The position numbers and the translations under genes are program-made. From contig DASXQR010000228.1 in NCBI GenBank assembly GCA_036507075.1, positions 42,098-106,097 on the forward strand: a stretch of DNA of 64,000 bases, written 5' to 3'. The notes beneath the pieces are model-generated. The model searched no databases. It saw only the letters and a program-made list of their open reading frames with translations, and was not told where the DNA came from. The stretch comes from Acidobacteriota bacterium. GTDB lineage: Bacteria; Acidobacteriota; UBA6911; JACQSX01. Positions 17,953 to 27,213 of this stretch are shown here, one piece after another. Every line of letters starts with the position of its first letter. Positions within the stretch are counted from its first letter, which is position 1.

Positions 17953-20454
17953 TCATTTTGATGACGCGATCATTTCCCCGCGTGGCCCGGCGTTTTTCAC
18001 GTACTTGTCCATCCAGTTGATCATCTCGGCCAGAGTGTGCAGAACCGACTCGCGCGCGGCGTAGCCATGGGCTTCATGCGGAAGCGTCACGTACCGCACC
18101 GTGGCGCCGTGGCCTTTGAGAGCCATGTAGAGCCGCTCGGATTGAATCGGGAACGTACCCGAGTTGTCGTCTGCCTCGCCGTGAATCAGCAGGATCGGCT
18201 CATTGATCCTGTTTGCGTACCAGAACGGCGACATCCTGGCATAGATATCCGGCACTTCCCAGAACGTGCGCCGCTCGTTCTGGAATCCGAAAGGCGTGAG
18301 CGTGCGGTTGTAGGCGCCGCTGCGCGCGATGCCGGCGCGGAACAGGTCCGAGTGCGCAAGCAGGTTGGCCGTCATGAAAGCGCCATAGCTGTGGCCGCCG
18401 ATCCCAATGTGATCGCGGTCCGCCACGCCCATCTCGACGACCTTATTGATCGCGGCCTCTGCGCTGGCGACAAGCTGTTCAACATAAGTATTGTTCGCCG
18501 TCTCGCCCGGTCCTACGATCGGCATGGTCGGATTATCGAAGATCGCGTAACCCTGGGTCAGCAGAAACAGATGGGACGTGCCGCCCACTCTGATGAACCG
18601 ATACGGCGATCCTGAGACCTGGCTTGCGTCGTTCACATCGGTGAACTCGCGCGGGTACGCCCACATCAACATCGGCAATCGCTCGCCCTTCTTGTAGCCA
18701 GGCGGGAGGTACAACGTACCGGATAGCTTCACGCCGTCTTTTCGCTGGTAAGTGACAAACTGCTTTTCGACTCCGGTGAGCTGAGGGCCAGGATCTTTGA
18801 ACTGGGTAATGGGACGCTTGGTGCCGGCGGCAAGATCGCGCACGTAGTAGTTCGCCGGCTCCAACGGCGTCTCGTACTGCGTGAACAGTGCCCTGGCCTG
18901 GTCATCCAGCGGCGCCACCACCGATTCGTATGTTTTTTCCGCAGAGCGGAAAAGACGGTCTGTCTTGAGCGTCTTGAGGTTGAGCCTGTCGAGGAAAGGC
19001 CGATCGCCATCCGGTGAGGAACCCTGCCCGCTCAAGTAAATGTAATCACCATACTGCAGGATCAATCTTCCCCCACCAAAGGCTCCGCCGCCGAATCCTC
19101 CTCCACGCCCACCTCCGCCGCCGTCGCCGCCGCCGTCTCTCCTCACTACAGGTAAACCGGGGTTGCTATATGCGTCCTGTCGTTTGCGCTCCCAAAGCTT
19201 GCGCGGCTGGGTGCCCTCTTCAAGAATCCAGGTCCGGGTACGCCGCGTCGCGCGGTCAGATTCGCTGAGCAGCATGACGCCCTTCTCTGTATAGGAGAGG
19301 CTGTCGAATCGCCATTCCGTTTTGCCAACTTCGCCGGCCTCCGCGGAGAACGGCGCCGCGAGTGCGACGATCCTGTCGCGGAATGGCACGCTGTTTTTCG
19401 GATTTCCTTCATCCAGGGCCGCCACCCAGGTGATTGTCGCCGGTTGATCCGGACGCCAGCGATGGCCGCGCGGCCCCGACGGTACGCCGTTGATCGGCGT
19501 GCCTTCGCTCGACGGCAGGTCGGCAAGTTTTTTGACAACCTCGCCGCGCCGGTTCCAGATCTCCACATCTTTGGGAAATCCGCTCATCGGTACCAGGCGC
19601 GAGAAGGGTCGTTTGATCCGGGATACCAGGATGTAATCGCCGCTCGGCGACGCCGCTGCATTCTCCAGGATTCCGGGACGGCCGATCAGCGTCTTGCGAC
19701 CGGTGCCGCTGTCAATGGTCGCGAGCTGGCTGGTGAAGTAATATTCAAACAGGGTCTCGTCATGGTTGGTCTTGATCAGATCCTCGAAAGTCGGAGCGGG
19801 CGCAGCTTTGCCGTAGTTTTCCTGGATATTGGGACGCGACGGCACAATCGGCTCGGCGGGGGCCGGTCCGCGGCCGGACGGCACCAATTGGCATAGCAGC
19901 GTGACACCGTCTTTCAGCCAGTCACAGGCATCGCCTGCCGTCGCGTTCAGCCGGTCGGTCCCGCTCACCAGATTCGATTGTCCCGTGGCAGTGTCGGCGA
20001 CCCACAGCTCGATGCCGTTTTCCCTTGTATGGGTAAAGGAAAGCCGCTCGCCGCCGGGGGAAAAGCTGATATCGCCGAGGTTCGGATTGGACGGGAGAGT
20101 GACCTTCTTCTCCGTGCCGTCTACGATTGATTTCAGCGTGATGGCGGTGACTCCGCCTCCGCGCTGCTGCCGCCCGTTCGTTTTCGGATTGATACGCATG
20201 CCGGCGATGCGATGGATCGGCTGGGACAACTCGGCAATCGTCGGCATGCTGCGCCGGCCGAGCAGGGCGATCGTGCGACGGTTTGGCGCAACGATCACGC
20301 CCGGTGTGGGCGGCGTCGCCAGAATATCAACGATGACTTTTGGCGGCGTCAGGTAACCCGTGTCCGTGGCAGGCTGCCGGCGTGTCTGTCCGTATTGCGC
20401 TGCCGACCCGACGATGACGAGCACGGCGGCAAACGCGAGCCTTTTTGTCCGCAT
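17953..20454 (-). CDS. S9 family (prolyl oligopeptidase-like) serine peptidase
   Basis: GGHSYGAFMT nucleophile motif, HGEADDNSGT, EAHGY; signal peptide. Confidence 0.92.
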   Translation of the reverse strand: MRTKRLAFAAVLVIVGSAAQYGQTRRQPATDTGYLTPPKVIVDILATPPTPGVIVAPNRRTIALLGRRSMPTIAELSQPIHRIAGMRINPKTNGRQQRGGGVTAITLKSIVDGTEKKVTLPSNPNLGDISFSPGGERLSFTHTRENGIELWVADTATGQSNLVSGTDRLNATAGDACDWLKDGVTLLCQLVPSGRGPAPAEPIVPSRPNIQENYGKAAPAPTFEDLIKTNHDETLFEYYFTSQLATIDSGTGRKTLIGRPGILENAAASPSGDYILVSRIKRPFSRLVPMSGFPKDVEIWNRRGEVVKKLADLPSSEGTPINGVPSGPRGHRWRPDQPATITWVAALDEGNPKNSVPFRDRIVALAAPFSAEAGEVGKTEWRFDSLSYTEKGVMLLSESDRATRRTRTWILEEGTQPRKLWERKRQDAYSNPGLPVVRRDGGGDGGGGGRGGGFGGGAFGGGRLILQYGDYIYLSGQGSSPDGDRPFLDRLNLKTLKTDRLFRSAEKTYESVVAPLDDQARALFTQYETPLEPANYYVRDLAAGTKRPITQFKDPGPQLTGVEKQFVTYQRKDGVKLSGTLYLPPGYKKGERLPMLMWAYPREFTDVNDASQVSGSPYRFIRVGGTSHLFLLTQGYAIFDNPTMPIVGPGETANNTYVEQLVASAEAAINKVVEMGVADRDHIGIGGHSYGAFMTANLLAHSDLFRAGIARSGAYNRTLTPFGFQNERRTFWEVPDIYARMSPFWYANRINEPILLIHGEADDNSGTFPIQSERLYMALKGHGATVRYVTLPHEAHGYAARESVLHTLAEMINWMDKYVKNAGPRGEMIASSK

Positions 20455-20563
20455 GGCAAACCTCCTGCTTCAGTTGGGCTGTTCTCGGGAAAGTCATATT
20501 CTAGCAGCAGACGCGCATGTCTTGCGGCAGGAATTCTGCCTTTTCAGCCCGCCAGCAAGGACT

Positions 20564-20813
20564 TCACCACAGAGGCACAGCCCGGCCGTAGGCCGCAACC
20601 AAAAAGCCGTCCACGTTCGCGAGTACTTCCACGTCAACGACCACGTCTCAGGTCCACGAACACCACAAAATACAGACAGCCCCTCGATTCTGCGCAGTCT
20701 CTGACCAACCGAGGGAAGTCGTAAACGTAATCGTGGACGTTGACGTGAACGTGCTCGTGAACGTGGACGGCTTTTTGGTTGCGGCCTACGGCCGGGTTGT
20801 GCCTCTGTGGTGA
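20564..20813. mobile_element. 250-bp nested palindromic MITE-like element
   Basis: Long inverted arms TCACCACAGAGGCACAGCCCGGCCGTAGGCCGCAACCAAAAGCCGTCCACG...; similar copy at 30779-30989, diverged copy at 58258-58441. Confidence 0.75.
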
Positions 20814-20912
20814 GTTCTTTTTCTCGATGCCAGTCAAACTAGAGCACTACCGGAATTTGATCTCGTTTGACACGCTAATCTATGATAGCGAACGGATCGA
20901 ACCAAGAAGCGT

Positions 20913-21350
20913 ATGAATTCTGCGCGAGTAGAGACCCGCGTGCCTCAGCATTACCACGGCAAGCCGATCGTATTTTTTGACGGCGTATGCGGAATGTGTA
21001 ATACGTTCGTGAACTTGCTTCTCAGGGTTGACCGAAAAGAGAAGTTTCTTTTTGCTCCCCTTCAGGGCGGCACAGCTCGCGAGTTGCTTCCTCCGCTTTC
21101 GGCGAACCCTCAAGATTGGTCGATGATCTATCTCGATGAGAATGGCATTCACGATCAATCCGATGCATCGCTGGAGGTGTACCGCCGTCTCGGAGGTATT
21201 TGGTGGTTTCTCAGCCTCGCGCGCCACATTCCACGGGCGATTCGTACACCTCTTTATCGCATCATCGCGCGCAATCGGTATCGCTGGTTCGGACGGAGGG
21301 ATCAGTGCCGGGTTCCGACCGCGCGTGAAAAGGCGCGTTTTCTTCCTTAG
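20913..21350 (+). CDS. DCC1-like thiol-disulfide oxidoreductase family (DUF393)
   Basis: FFDGVCGMCN, FAPLQG, YRIIARNRYRWFG. Confidence 0.9.
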   Translation: MNSARVETRVPQHYHGKPIVFFDGVCGMCNTFVNLLLRVDRKEKFLFAPLQGGTARELLPPLSANPQDWSMIYLDENGIHDQSDASLEVYRRLGGIWWFLSLARHIPRAIRTPLYRIIARNRYRWFGRRDQCRVPTAREKARFLP

Positions 21351-21431
21351 TTCTCGCCGGATGGGGCAGCCGACAGAGCTGCTGCTAGAATGGTCTCAAG
21401 GATGTCTGCGTTTGATTAAGTGGAGAAGCAT

Positions 21432-21938
21432 ATGTCAATAAGCCAGGCGCTACTGCCCGAGTTTGACCACGAGATGGTTAACACACGTAAGACTCTGGAA
21501 CGAGTTCCGGATGACAGGTTGAGTTGGAAGCCTCATCAGAAATCGTTTTCATTAGGAGATCTGGCAACCCATCTCGCCAATCTTCCAAACTGGGCGTTGA
21601 TCACGATCAAGGAGGACTCATTTGATGTGGCTCCGCAAGGCCGGCCTGTTCGAGCTTCGCCAGCGAATTCGCGGAAAGAGATGCTTGTGATTTTCGACAA
21701 GAATATCACGGCTGCACGCGCGGCAATCGCCGGGGCAAGCGATGAGCACCTACTCAAGCCCTGGTCGCTTTTGTCCGGGGGAAAAACGGTCCTTACACTG
21801 CCTCGAGTCGCGGTGTTGCGTAGTTCTGTGATGAACCATATCATCCACCATCGCGCGCAGCTCGGCGTTTACCTGCGTCTCAACGACATTGCGGTTCCCG
21901 CAATCTACGGCCCTTCAGCCGATGAAGGCGGGATGTAG
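21432..21938 (+). CDS. DinB family protein
   Basis: LERVPDD, WKPHQKS, LATHLA, NHIIHHRAQLGVYLR, YGPSADE. Confidence 0.9.
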   Translation: MSISQALLPEFDHEMVNTRKTLERVPDDRLSWKPHQKSFSLGDLATHLANLPNWALITIKEDSFDVAPQGRPVRASPANSRKEMLVIFDKNITAARAAIAGASDEHLLKPWSLLSGGKTVLTLPRVAVLRSSVMNHIIHHRAQLGVYLRLNDIAVPAIYGPSADEGGM

Positions 21939-22181
21939 CGTCGGCAGAGTTTGCCTATGGACGTATTCACGGCAGAACCGGAGTGCAGCATAGCCGCAAC
22001 CAAAAGCCGTCCACGTCTACGATCACGGGCACGCCTCTCAGTACAAACTGCGGCCGGCGTCTCAACTTAGAAACCAGAAACAGCACAGGGACAGCAATAG
22101 CAAGCTGACCCAGAGCCCATCCCTCGGCCCCGATATTACTCAGCGTAATTTGCGTAAATCGGCGGCCTATTTCTATCCGTG

Positions 22182-23144
22182 TCATTTCGCGTAAATCGGC
22201 GGCTGGTTCACCAGGATGGTCACTGTATAATCCGCCACTTCTTCAGCGGCTCCCGCGGTTCCAATGCCATGGAGGAGGAACAGGTAATCACCGGTTCGAA
22301 GGCCCCCGGCCGGCACGGTAAGCGAGACGACAGCTTCGCTCGCCGCACTGGAGCGGGGCCTGATGTTGTTGCGGTGGAAGATCTCGCGACCTTCCGCTGT
22401 TTCCAACGTCACGCGGTATGCCCCATAAACCCGACCACGGGGAATTCCCAACACAAAAGTCAGCTTCTCTGTGCCTGCAGGAATTTTGACCCTGTTTGGC
22501 TCGCCGCCGCCACGCGCCATTCCGGGCGCCAGCGCGATCGTCAGCGAAGAAGAGACAGAAGCTCGCGAACCCGGAGGCCCGATGGGCGGCCTGCGCGTCT
22601 GACTTTGGTCGGGTTGTGGCATCGGCGGAGGCGGCCTGACATGGCTGCCCGCCAAGTTAGGAATTCCATTCGGCTGCTGCGCAACACCGGAAGAGTCGGG
22701 GAGGGGCTGGAGCTTTCTTACCAGCAGCCAAATCGACGCCACAAACAGCAACAACATGGCCGCCAGCGCAAGGTAATGAGAGCCGCGCCATCTTGAGAAT
22801 GTGAAAATCGTCCCTTTCGTCGTGGTGATCCGGCTTACTGCGGCACTGTGCCCTTCGGTCGCTGACGCAGGGCCCGGCGACAGTTTCAACATCAGAGCCT
22901 GTGCGAGCTGAAGTCTGCGCCGGCCCTCCGGTGTGGCCAGGACTCTCGCCTCTACAATCCGCCGCTCCTCTTCCCTCAGCCCACCGCGAAGATAGTCGTA
23001 GATCAGCTCATCTTCGAAGGCGCGGAGCTCCTCATAGGCTGCCTCATCAGAGAAGTACTGCGCCTCCAAACGGAGCTTCTCTTCCTCGGAAAGCTCTCCG
23101 GCCAGATACCGCAGCTTTATTTTGTCGCTCGGGGGATCATTCAT
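22182..23144 (-). CDS. Putative anti-sigma factor (single TM, Ig-like C-terminus)
   Basis: RYLAGELSEEE..LE, DELIYDYLRGGL duplicated helical N-terminus, TM segment, Pro-rich linker; downstream of ECF sigma. Confidence 0.65.
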   Translation of the reverse strand: MNDPPSDKIKLRYLAGELSEEEKLRLEAQYFSDEAAYEELRAFEDELIYDYLRGGLREEERRIVEARVLATPEGRRRLQLAQALMLKLSPGPASATEGHSAAVSRITTTKGTIFTFSRWRGSHYLALAAMLLLFVASIWLLVRKLQPLPDSSGVAQQPNGIPNLAGSHVRPPPPMPQPDQSQTRRPPIGPPGSRASVSSSLTIALAPGMARGGGEPNRVKIPAGTEKLTFVLGIPRGRVYGAYRVTLETAEGREIFHRNNIRPRSSAASEAVVSLTVPAGGLRTGDYLFLLHGIGTAGAAEEVADYTVTILVNQPPIYAK

Positions 23145-23186
23145 CCGTTTTCAGGCTCGCAAACTCCGGACATAAGTGTTTCTCTC

Positions 23187-23819
23187 TTATTTAATGACGG
23201 AATCGGCCGAGTATTTCAAACCATCGCCCAGGCACCGGGTCACACAAAGTTCGAGGCTCTGGCGAACCCGAAACAGGCGAATTCGCAATGCATTCAGGGG
23301 AATCTGCAAATTGGCGGCCAGTTTACGCCGGTTTTCGATTCGGTCTCGCGCCTCGCCCGAATGGTATTGCAGCAGCAACCCCCTGCTATCGCTCGACAAG
23401 GATCGCAGGCACCGGTCAAGGCATTCCAGCGTGCGTTCCCACTCTTCAACTGCATCAAAGTGGGTGTTGGAAAGGCCGGGGAGGTCTAGATGTGCAAGAG
23501 ATTCAGGGTCGAGCGACTCGGTACGGCTTTCCGGAGCTCTCCAGTGCTCGCGCAAAAGGTTGACCGCTACGCCATGGAAGTAAAGGTAAGGATTACCCTG
23601 CACGCTGGCGCCTTCGCCCAGCTTTCGAGCCACGCGATCCATGGCAATATCGACGTATTCGTAGGGCGTCGCGCAGCCGCGCCAGCGGAAAAAGTCGGCC
23701 AGCCTCTGCCGAATTTTTTCGTACTTCTCACCGGCCCGCTCCCGGTCGCTGTCGAGAAGATCCAGCAGCTTTTCGAACGCAGCCTGGTTGACAGTCCACT
23801 GCACCTTGCGTTCTTTCAT
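23187..23819 (-). CDS. ECF-type RNA polymerase sigma factor
   Basis: YEKIRQRLADFF, YFHGVAVNLLREHWR (region 2) and CLDRCLRSL...NALRIRLFRVRQSL (region 4). Confidence 0.75.
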   Translation of the reverse strand: MKERKVQWTVNQAAFEKLLDLLDSDRERAGEKYEKIRQRLADFFRWRGCATPYEYVDIAMDRVARKLGEGASVQGNPYLYFHGVAVNLLREHWRAPESRTESLDPESLAHLDLPGLSNTHFDAVEEWERTLECLDRCLRSLSSDSRGLLLQYHSGEARDRIENRRKLAANLQIPLNALRIRLFRVRQSLELCVTRCLGDGLKYSADSVIK

Positions 23820-23875
23820 CGGTCGCTCAGATTAACGTCATCGGGCGGATCTGTCCAGGCAACTCCGAAACGCTC

Positions 23876-24013
23876 AAAGTCAAAAGTCGAAAGTCTAAGG
23901 TCGAAGGTCGAAAGTCGAAGGTCGAATACCGTAGCGACGCGGCATGCCGCGTCAGTGCCCGCGTACGCGGCATGCCGCGCCGCTACCGTCTTCGACTTTC
24001 GACTTTCGACTTT
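23876..24013. repeat. GTCGAAA 7-mer inverted arrays enclosing a GTAG-type REP doublet
   Basis: Inner 23931-23986: GTAGCGACGCGGCATGCCGCGTC ... ACGCGGCATGCCGCGCCGCTAC. Confidence 0.85.
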
Positions 24014-24250
24014 CTCTACATGAATTGCTAAAAAGTTAAGTTTCTGCGGATTAGGCGCTCCCCCGATCTCCCCCAGACCAGCGATACCCGTCTCCGTCAA
24101 AAAAAATGCATTCCACACCGTTTTTTGACGTTTTGCCGACTGCCGACGTACTGGGGGCAGCCTGATCAATGTGCAGTCTGTGCCCTTATGTCAAACAGCG
24201 CCAATAGGTTTCTAATGGCTCGCGCCCGCTGTAACTTCCATCACACAAAT

Positions 24251-24266
24251 TGGAACGTGACGTGCA
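24251..24266 (+). promoter_or_regulatory. Possible sigma54 promoter
   Basis: TGGAACGTGACGTGCA, GG-N10-GC spacing, about 210 nt upstream of the HD-GYP gene. Confidence 0.35.
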
Positions 24267-24476
24267 TCACAGCGCCAGCCAAGGTTGGAACTCGTTTCAA
24301 CTAAAGACTTTTTTCCTGGGCGACTCTCGATGATAACGGCAACGGTGGCATACGCGCACACAACAAAAACGCAAGCCAGGCTTGTCGAGACCGGACCTGT
24401 GCGGGTTGGTCTGCTGCCCGGTCGACTCAACGAGAGGTTGTCTGGTCTTGGCAGAGTGCGGCTCTTCGAGAACGAC

Positions 24477-26465
24477 ATGCGGGACAGCGCCCGCATTTAT
24501 ATATCCACGATCATCCTCGCAGGTTTTACCACCTTGATGTTCGCAATGCATCACGTGCTGGTCGGCCATGAAATGCGATGGCTGTATCTGGCAGCCCTGA
24601 CCTGCCTGGGCAGTTTTTTCCCGGTGACGCTTCCCAGCCTCTCACGAAGCGGGCGGGGAATTGCCATAACGGTCAGCGACATCTTTGTTTTCGCCGCGAT
24701 TCCCTTTTTTGGGACCGAGGTTGCCGTCACCATCGCCGCGATTGATGCGACACTCGGCAATTTTCAAATACGTAAATCTATCCGGCACTTTTATAAGCAT
24801 CTTTTTAATGTGGCGCAGCTTTCGGTTGTTACGTTCCTGACGGGCACTTTATTCGAACGGCTCAATCCCCAACACCAGTCTCAAACCGGAGCACACGACG
24901 TCCTGGGTTTACTTCTCGCTATTACGGTTTGCTCTCTTTTTTATTTCCTCTTGAATTCCGGTGCAGTCGGCTTGGCCATCAGCCTCGCCTCGGGCCAGCC
25001 GCTGATGAAAGTCTGGAAGGAACATTTCCTATGGACGACCCTGACAAACCTTCCGGGAGCGGCAGCGGCAGCGGCTATCTGTATCAACTTCGAGCGCACA
25101 CATTTCCTTGCGTTGGCCACCATCATTCCCATCGGGATGATCCTGTACCACGCCTACAGGATGCATTTGAATGAGTTGAAATCCGTTCACAAATATCTGA
25201 ACAAGATGAACGATCTGTTTCATTCAACAATCGCATCGCTGGCGATGGCAATTGACGCAAAGGATACTTGCACGTACGGGCATATTCATCGAGTTCAGGC
25301 GCTTGCGCTGGGATTGGCCAGATGCTGCGGCGTTACGGATGAAACCGAGCTGGAGGCTCTCCGGGCGGCCGCCCTTTTGCACGACGTCGGAAAGCTGTCC
25401 GTGCCCGAATACATCCTGAACAAACCGTCAAAGCTGACGGGCTCAGAAGTCTATAAGATGAGGAGTCATGTCACCGTTGGCGCCAACATCCTGGCAACGG
25501 TGCCTTTCCCCTATCCAGTCGTCCCGATCGTCAAGTACCACCACGAAAAGTGGGATGGCACTGGTTATCCGGAGGGCATAAAAGGCACACAAATTCCTCT
25601 TGGAGCTCGGATCCTGGCTGTGAGTGATTGTTATGATGCGCTCCGATACGACCGTCCTTATCGTCCGCGAGTGGATCGCGAGGGAGCGCTGCACCTGATC
25701 ATGAAAGAGTCAGGTAAGTCTTTCGATCCGGAGATTGTGAAGAACCTGGCGGTAAATATCGACTCTCTGGAGTTTGAAATTCAGCAAAGTGCAGCGAGCG
25801 AGTCCGTGTCCCCGCCTCATCCGGCCGGCACGGCGGCGGCGGAAAAGACTCAGGCAGATGGCAACCGCTGTGAGAACGGTGATTTTAATTCCCTGGCTAC
25901 CTCAATGTTTGATTCGTCTCACCTGACTCAACTGGCACAAACGCTGACGTTGGAACTGGGCATTCATGAGACCGCCCGTCGCACGTTGGACACGGCCCGG
26001 AAACACATACATTGCGACGCGGCGGCAATTTTTCTGGTACATACAACATCCGAAAAACTGATCCCGATTCACTGCACCGGTTTCGGCTCTGAACAGCTCC
26101 AGCAAACGGTGCTCAGACCGGGAGAGGGTGTGACGGGGTGGGTAGCTGCGAACAATCAATCTATACTTAACGGCGCGGCCAATGGCGATTTCCCCGGCGC
26201 GCCAAAGCTGGCCTCCTGCTTGAAAACCGCTCTGGCAACTCCACTATTTACCGAACGGGGCGTAATCGGGGTAATCACGCTGTACTCATCGACGCATAAT
26301 CTTTTCGATCCTGAATGCCTGCGGTATTTGCACATCCTCTCCTTTTATTCCGCCCTTGCCATCAACAACGCCATCCTGCGGGAAAGATTTACGCCAGAGT
26401 TTTCGCCTTCCGACATTCCCTTCCCGGCTGAGCACTCGGTAAATAAGTTCACCATAGAGGCTTGA
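24477..26465 (+). CDS. Membrane HD-GYP domain phosphodiesterase with C-terminal GAF
   Basis: N-terminal TM helices; AIDAKD, GHIHRV, LHDVGK, HHEKWDGTGYP; GEGVTGWVA GAF motif. Confidence 0.88.
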   Translation: MRDSARIYISTIILAGFTTLMFAMHHVLVGHEMRWLYLAALTCLGSFFPVTLPSLSRSGRGIAITVSDIFVFAAIPFFGTEVAVTIAAIDATLGNFQIRKSIRHFYKHLFNVAQLSVVTFLTGTLFERLNPQHQSQTGAHDVLGLLLAITVCSLFYFLLNSGAVGLAISLASGQPLMKVWKEHFLWTTLTNLPGAAAAAAICINFERTHFLALATIIPIGMILYHAYRMHLNELKSVHKYLNKMNDLFHSTIASLAMAIDAKDTCTYGHIHRVQALALGLARCCGVTDETELEALRAAALLHDVGKLSVPEYILNKPSKLTGSEVYKMRSHVTVGANILATVPFPYPVVPIVKYHHEKWDGTGYPEGIKGTQIPLGARILAVSDCYDALRYDRPYRPRVDREGALHLIMKESGKSFDPEIVKNLAVNIDSLEFEIQQSAASESVSPPHPAGTAAAEKTQADGNRCENGDFNSLATSMFDSSHLTQLAQTLTLELGIHETARRTLDTARKHIHCDAAAIFLVHTTSEKLIPIHCTGFGSEQLQQTVLRPGEGVTGWVAANNQSILNGAANGDFPGAPKLASCLKTALATPLFTERGVIGVITLYSSTHNLFDPECLRYLHILSFYSALAINNAILRERFTPEFSPSDIPFPAEHSVNKFTIEA

Positions 26466-26510
26466 CGCGGCCGCAGACCGCGTGGAGTTGGAACATTTCC
26501 AAGCGCGGGC

Positions 26511-26707
26511 TCAGAACCTGTGAATAAATTCAAAAAGCTTGAACCGCGAAGAACGCCAAGAACGCTAAGCTCATCATGGGTCCGAACAACCGGCTGACTG
26601 CAAACAATTGAAAGTTCTGAAGAAGTGTCACGTGTAAAGTGCAGTAACATTTGAACTGCCGGACTGAAAAAGAAATTCTTAGCGTTCTTCGCGTTCTTGG
26701 CGGTTCA
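26511..26707. mobile_element. 197-bp MITE-like element, copy 1
   Basis: TGAACCGCGAAGAACGCCAAGAACGCTAAG arms; nearly the reverse complement of 40713-40909 including the interior. Confidence 0.78.
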
Positions 26708-26827
26708 TTTTTTTGATTCTTGCTTGCGGTTTAAAATCAAGGACTTGTGCATGATTTCCTCCTGGAATGGGGCCCACCGCAGTCCCGAATCCAGTTGAGC
26801 TTGATATGATTATATTAGGGGGTTCAC

Positions 26828-27157
26828 GTGGAAGCTCGACCAAGGAGATCCGGGGGCAAACTCGTGAACGGAAGGTCAAAAAAAAGAGAAGCGACGGCGA
26901 TACTAATTCAAGAGTACAGGACGCCGGTGCAAAGCGAAGGCGTGACATACATTGCGCGTGCTTACGGAAAAAGGAGGCACGATGGCACCTGGGCGGGATG
27001 GCTTGCGTTTCATCCGACCACGGCCGGTAAGCCGATATTGCGCACCGGGCAAGAGACATCACAGCCTACCCGAGTAACAATCGACTACTGGGCTTCCGGC
27101 TTGGAACCGGTTTATTTTGAGGGGGCGCTGGAGCGCGCGCGGGAACGACAACGTTAG
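26828..27157 (+). CDS. Hypothetical protein
   Basis: Protein-like core (DGTWAGWLAF, RTGQETSQP, YWASGLEPVYFEGALERA); start uncertain. Confidence 0.6.
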   Translation: MEARPRRSGGKLVNGRSKKREATAILIQEYRTPVQSEGVTYIARAYGKRRHDGTWAGWLAFHPTTAGKPILRTGQETSQPTRVTIDYWASGLEPVYFEGALERARERQR

Positions 27158-27213
27158 CTCGCGCTTCACTCATCGAATCAAAAGGCTTCCTTCAATCGAC
27201 GAATACCGCGTCG

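Noticed and set aside
19060..19140. Gly-rich insertion in the S9 peptidase
   Set aside because: In-frame low-complexity linker; no sign of an intein or mobile insert.
20634..20837. His/Val-rich ORFs (VHVHEHVHV; also 60786-61211)
   Set aside because: Translations of CACGT-rich repeat arms, not credible metal-binding proteins.
24336..24385. Resemblance to a c-di-GMP-I riboswitch (GGCATAC...ACGCAAGCCAGG) upstream of HD-GYP
   Set aside because: No paired P2 stem or GNRA tetraloop between the motifs.
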